From the NCBI GenBank assembly GCA_965242725.1, contig CBDESZ010000020.1:45602-109601 (forward strand): a stretch of 64,000 bases of DNA, read 5' to 3'. The notes beneath the pieces were generated by a model. The model was not told the origin of the DNA. It did no database searches and worked only from the letters and a program-made list of their open reading frames with translations. The stretch is from Alkalispirochaeta sp. (GTDB taxonomy: Bacteria > Spirochaetota > Spirochaetia > DSM-27196 > Alkalispirochaetaceae). Each line of letters starts with the position of its first letter. Positions within the stretch are counted from its first letter, which is position 1. Both the position numbers and the translations under genes were made by a program. Of this stretch, positions 62,090-64,000 are shown piece after piece.

Positions 62090-63086
62090 ATGAAGAATCT
62101 CCTTGAAAACCGTGACTGGAAGAGCGTTCTTAAATACCTCTTTGTAAATTACAACTACGTCTTCTCTTTTGCGCTGCTGTTGATCGTGGGGCGCTTCGCC
62201 AGCGATCAGTTTTTGTCCGTCGCCAGTATTTCCAACCTGATTCGCTCGTCCGTTTTCATCGGAATCATCGCCCTGGGAATGACCCTCACCATCATATCGG
62301 GCAATATCGACCTCTCGGTGGGTTCCATTCTGGCGTTGGCGGCGGCACTGAGCGTGAACACCTTCAACGCCTCCGGCAGCGTCCTCCAGGCGTTGCTCGT
62401 GGCGGCGGCGGCGGGGGCGGGACTCGGTCTGATTAACGGACTCTTTGTGGGGTACGCCAGGATGGCGTCGTTCATCGTCACCCTCGCAACGATGACCGCC
62501 TACCGTTCACTCACCGTCCAAATGGGGCAGGGCGGCCCTCTTCTGACGGACAACGCCATTTACTTTGAACGGCTCCGGTGGATCGGCTACGGCCGCCTCG
62601 GCGGTCCCCAGGGGCTGCCGTATCTGGCCATTGTCTTCATTGCCCTCACGGCGGTCATGTGGTTTGTCATGAACAAGACGAAGTTCGGCCGTTACGTCTA
62701 CGCCGTCGGCTCCAACGAGAAGGCGGCTAAGCTCACCGGTATCGGCGTCACCCGCGTCAAGGTCGCCATTTTCACAATTACCGGCTTTCTCACCGGTATC
62801 GCCGCCTTTCTCTATGCCGCCCGCTTCGGTTCCGTCGACGTCGCCACGGCGGGGGCGCATGTTTGAACTCGATGTGATCGCCGCGGTGGCTATCGGTGGT
62901 ACCATGATGTCCGGCGGACGCGGTACCGTTCAGGGTACCTTTTTCGGCGCCGTGATTATCTATTCCATCGACGCCATTCTCTCGGCCTATCAGGTACCTG
63001 CATTCGTCAATGACTTTATCAAGGGCGTCCTCATTCTCGGAGCCGTTCTGTTGCAGAAAGTTCTCGACCGCACCCGGGACGAGTAA
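62090..63086 (+). pseudogene. monosaccharide ABC permease (RbsC-like), frameshifted at ~62855
   Basis: GNIDLSVG, KFGRYVYAVG; removing one G from the G5 run restores TAGRMFELDVIAAVAIGG. Confidence 0.85.
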
Positions 63087-63267
63087 CGACGTCGGATCGC
63101 GTCGGCATCATGGGATTCGCGCGCCTCGCGCGCGGCCCGCCGCGATACCGATCGTCTTCCCCTGCACGTACAGCTTTCTTCGACGGAGACTACCGAATAT
63201 GCAGGTAAAATAAAAAAAATAATTCCCGCAATGGCGGTGAAATGATAGTATGCCTTTGATGGGTGGT

Positions 63268-63662
63268 ATGAACTACGAGATTTTTACAGATGGAGAGGGG
63301 AGCTATCTTCGCGTTGTCATTGAAGGTGAAATAGACGTGAAAGATCTGGATACTCTCGATGAAAAGCTGCGCCACGCCGCCCGACAACACGGGATTCCGG
63401 CGCTCCTGATCGACGTCAGAAAGGCACGCAACGTGTCGCAAAAACCGAAAATTGTGGAGTACGGCAGAGAACCGGCGGTCGCCTCCGCGGGATTCCCTCG
63501 GGAGTGGCCGCGGGGTGGTTCTTGTGGATCCGACGGGACCGCAGTCACGATTTTATCGTCGACTCTCTCCGATTTCGGGGACACAGGGTGAGTCTCTCCC
63601 GGGATGAATCGGCGGCCGTTGAATGGCTGTGTCGGGAAATGGAACGGACACCGCCATTGTGA
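63268..63662 (+). pseudogene. small hypothetical (STAS/SEC14-like) gene with apparent frameshifts
   Basis: 'LLIDVR' in the first frame; the expected tail 'DESAAVEWL' lies in another frame ending at TGA 63662. Confidence 0.4.
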
Positions 63663-64000
63663 CGGCGGATTACCGTTTTTTTACCGGGTGGAGGGAAGCG
63701 ACGACGGCAATGAATACGGACGCGCCGTACCGAAGGAGCCCCCTGTTTCCCGTTCTTCACTGCGATAATCTGGGCAAGAATACTGACGGCAATTTCACCT
63801 GACGATTTTCCGCCGATGTCGAGACCGATGGGTGTGGTGAATGGGCCGGAGCGGCGACAGATCGACGTCTCCCTCCGGGCGCGAGCGTCACGTTCTATCG
63901 CCCGTTGGGCCTTGCCGATTGCACCGATATAGAAGGGACGCCGGGAGAGCTCCATCGTACCGTTCTCCATTCCCCGGAGCAGCGCTGTCCACAGGGCATC
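63545..64000 (-). CDS. XdhC family protein, C-terminal part (partial)
   Basis: PFYIGAIG and PIGLDIGGKSSGEIAVSILAQII motifs; true stop uncertain. Confidence 0.75.
   Translation of the reverse strand, partial: DALWTALLRGMENGTMELSRRPFYIGAIGKAQRAIERDARARRETSICRRSGPFTTPIGLDIGGKSSGEIAVSILAQIIAVKNGKQGAPSVRRVRIHCRRRFPPPGKKTVIRRHNGGVRSISRHSHSTAADSSRERLTLCPRNRRESTIKS

Overview
64-kb window of a GC-rich bacterial chromosome, most likely a free-living spirochaete. That call is an inference from the 'FAGGQGE'-type binding-protein N-termini, the flgF-flgG-flgJ-sigma-deacetylase-tsaD order and a multi-TM MCP. Left to right: (1) the tail of an Mbx/Mbs-like complex-I-family operon (NuoB, C, D-like; NuoI fused to a GltD/NfnB module), then NfnAB/SudBA and an ArsR regulator; (2) radical SAM, VOC, thioredoxin, phasin-like and UbiB genes; (3) a TRAP/NagA/NagB/SIS amino-sugar cluster; (4) an arabinoside ABC + GH51 cluster; (5) tRNA-Thr, flagellar rod genes, a sigma54-driven RpoS-like sigma factor, tsaD, a MinD-like ATPase, apt, tRNA-Gln and tRNA-Glu; (6) an Fe3+/polyamine-class ABC operon whose duplicated permease is fused to a PAS-like segment and a LytS-type histidine kinase, followed by a LytTR regulator, with LytTR-type direct repeats upstream (best candidate for an undescribed system); (7) DUF342, NmrA, MFS, glgP; (8) a ~9.4-kb accessory block between two 59-bp direct repeats: MCP, HigBA, an MNT remnant, MNT-HEPN upstream of a CARF-like sigma54 activator, and a helicase-PLD (Mokosh type II-like) gene; (9) a ROK/Gfo/sugar-ABC cluster and frameshifted genes at the window end. 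No CRISPR array, rRNA, integrase or transposase was seen. All calls come from motif recognition by eye; no searches were run.
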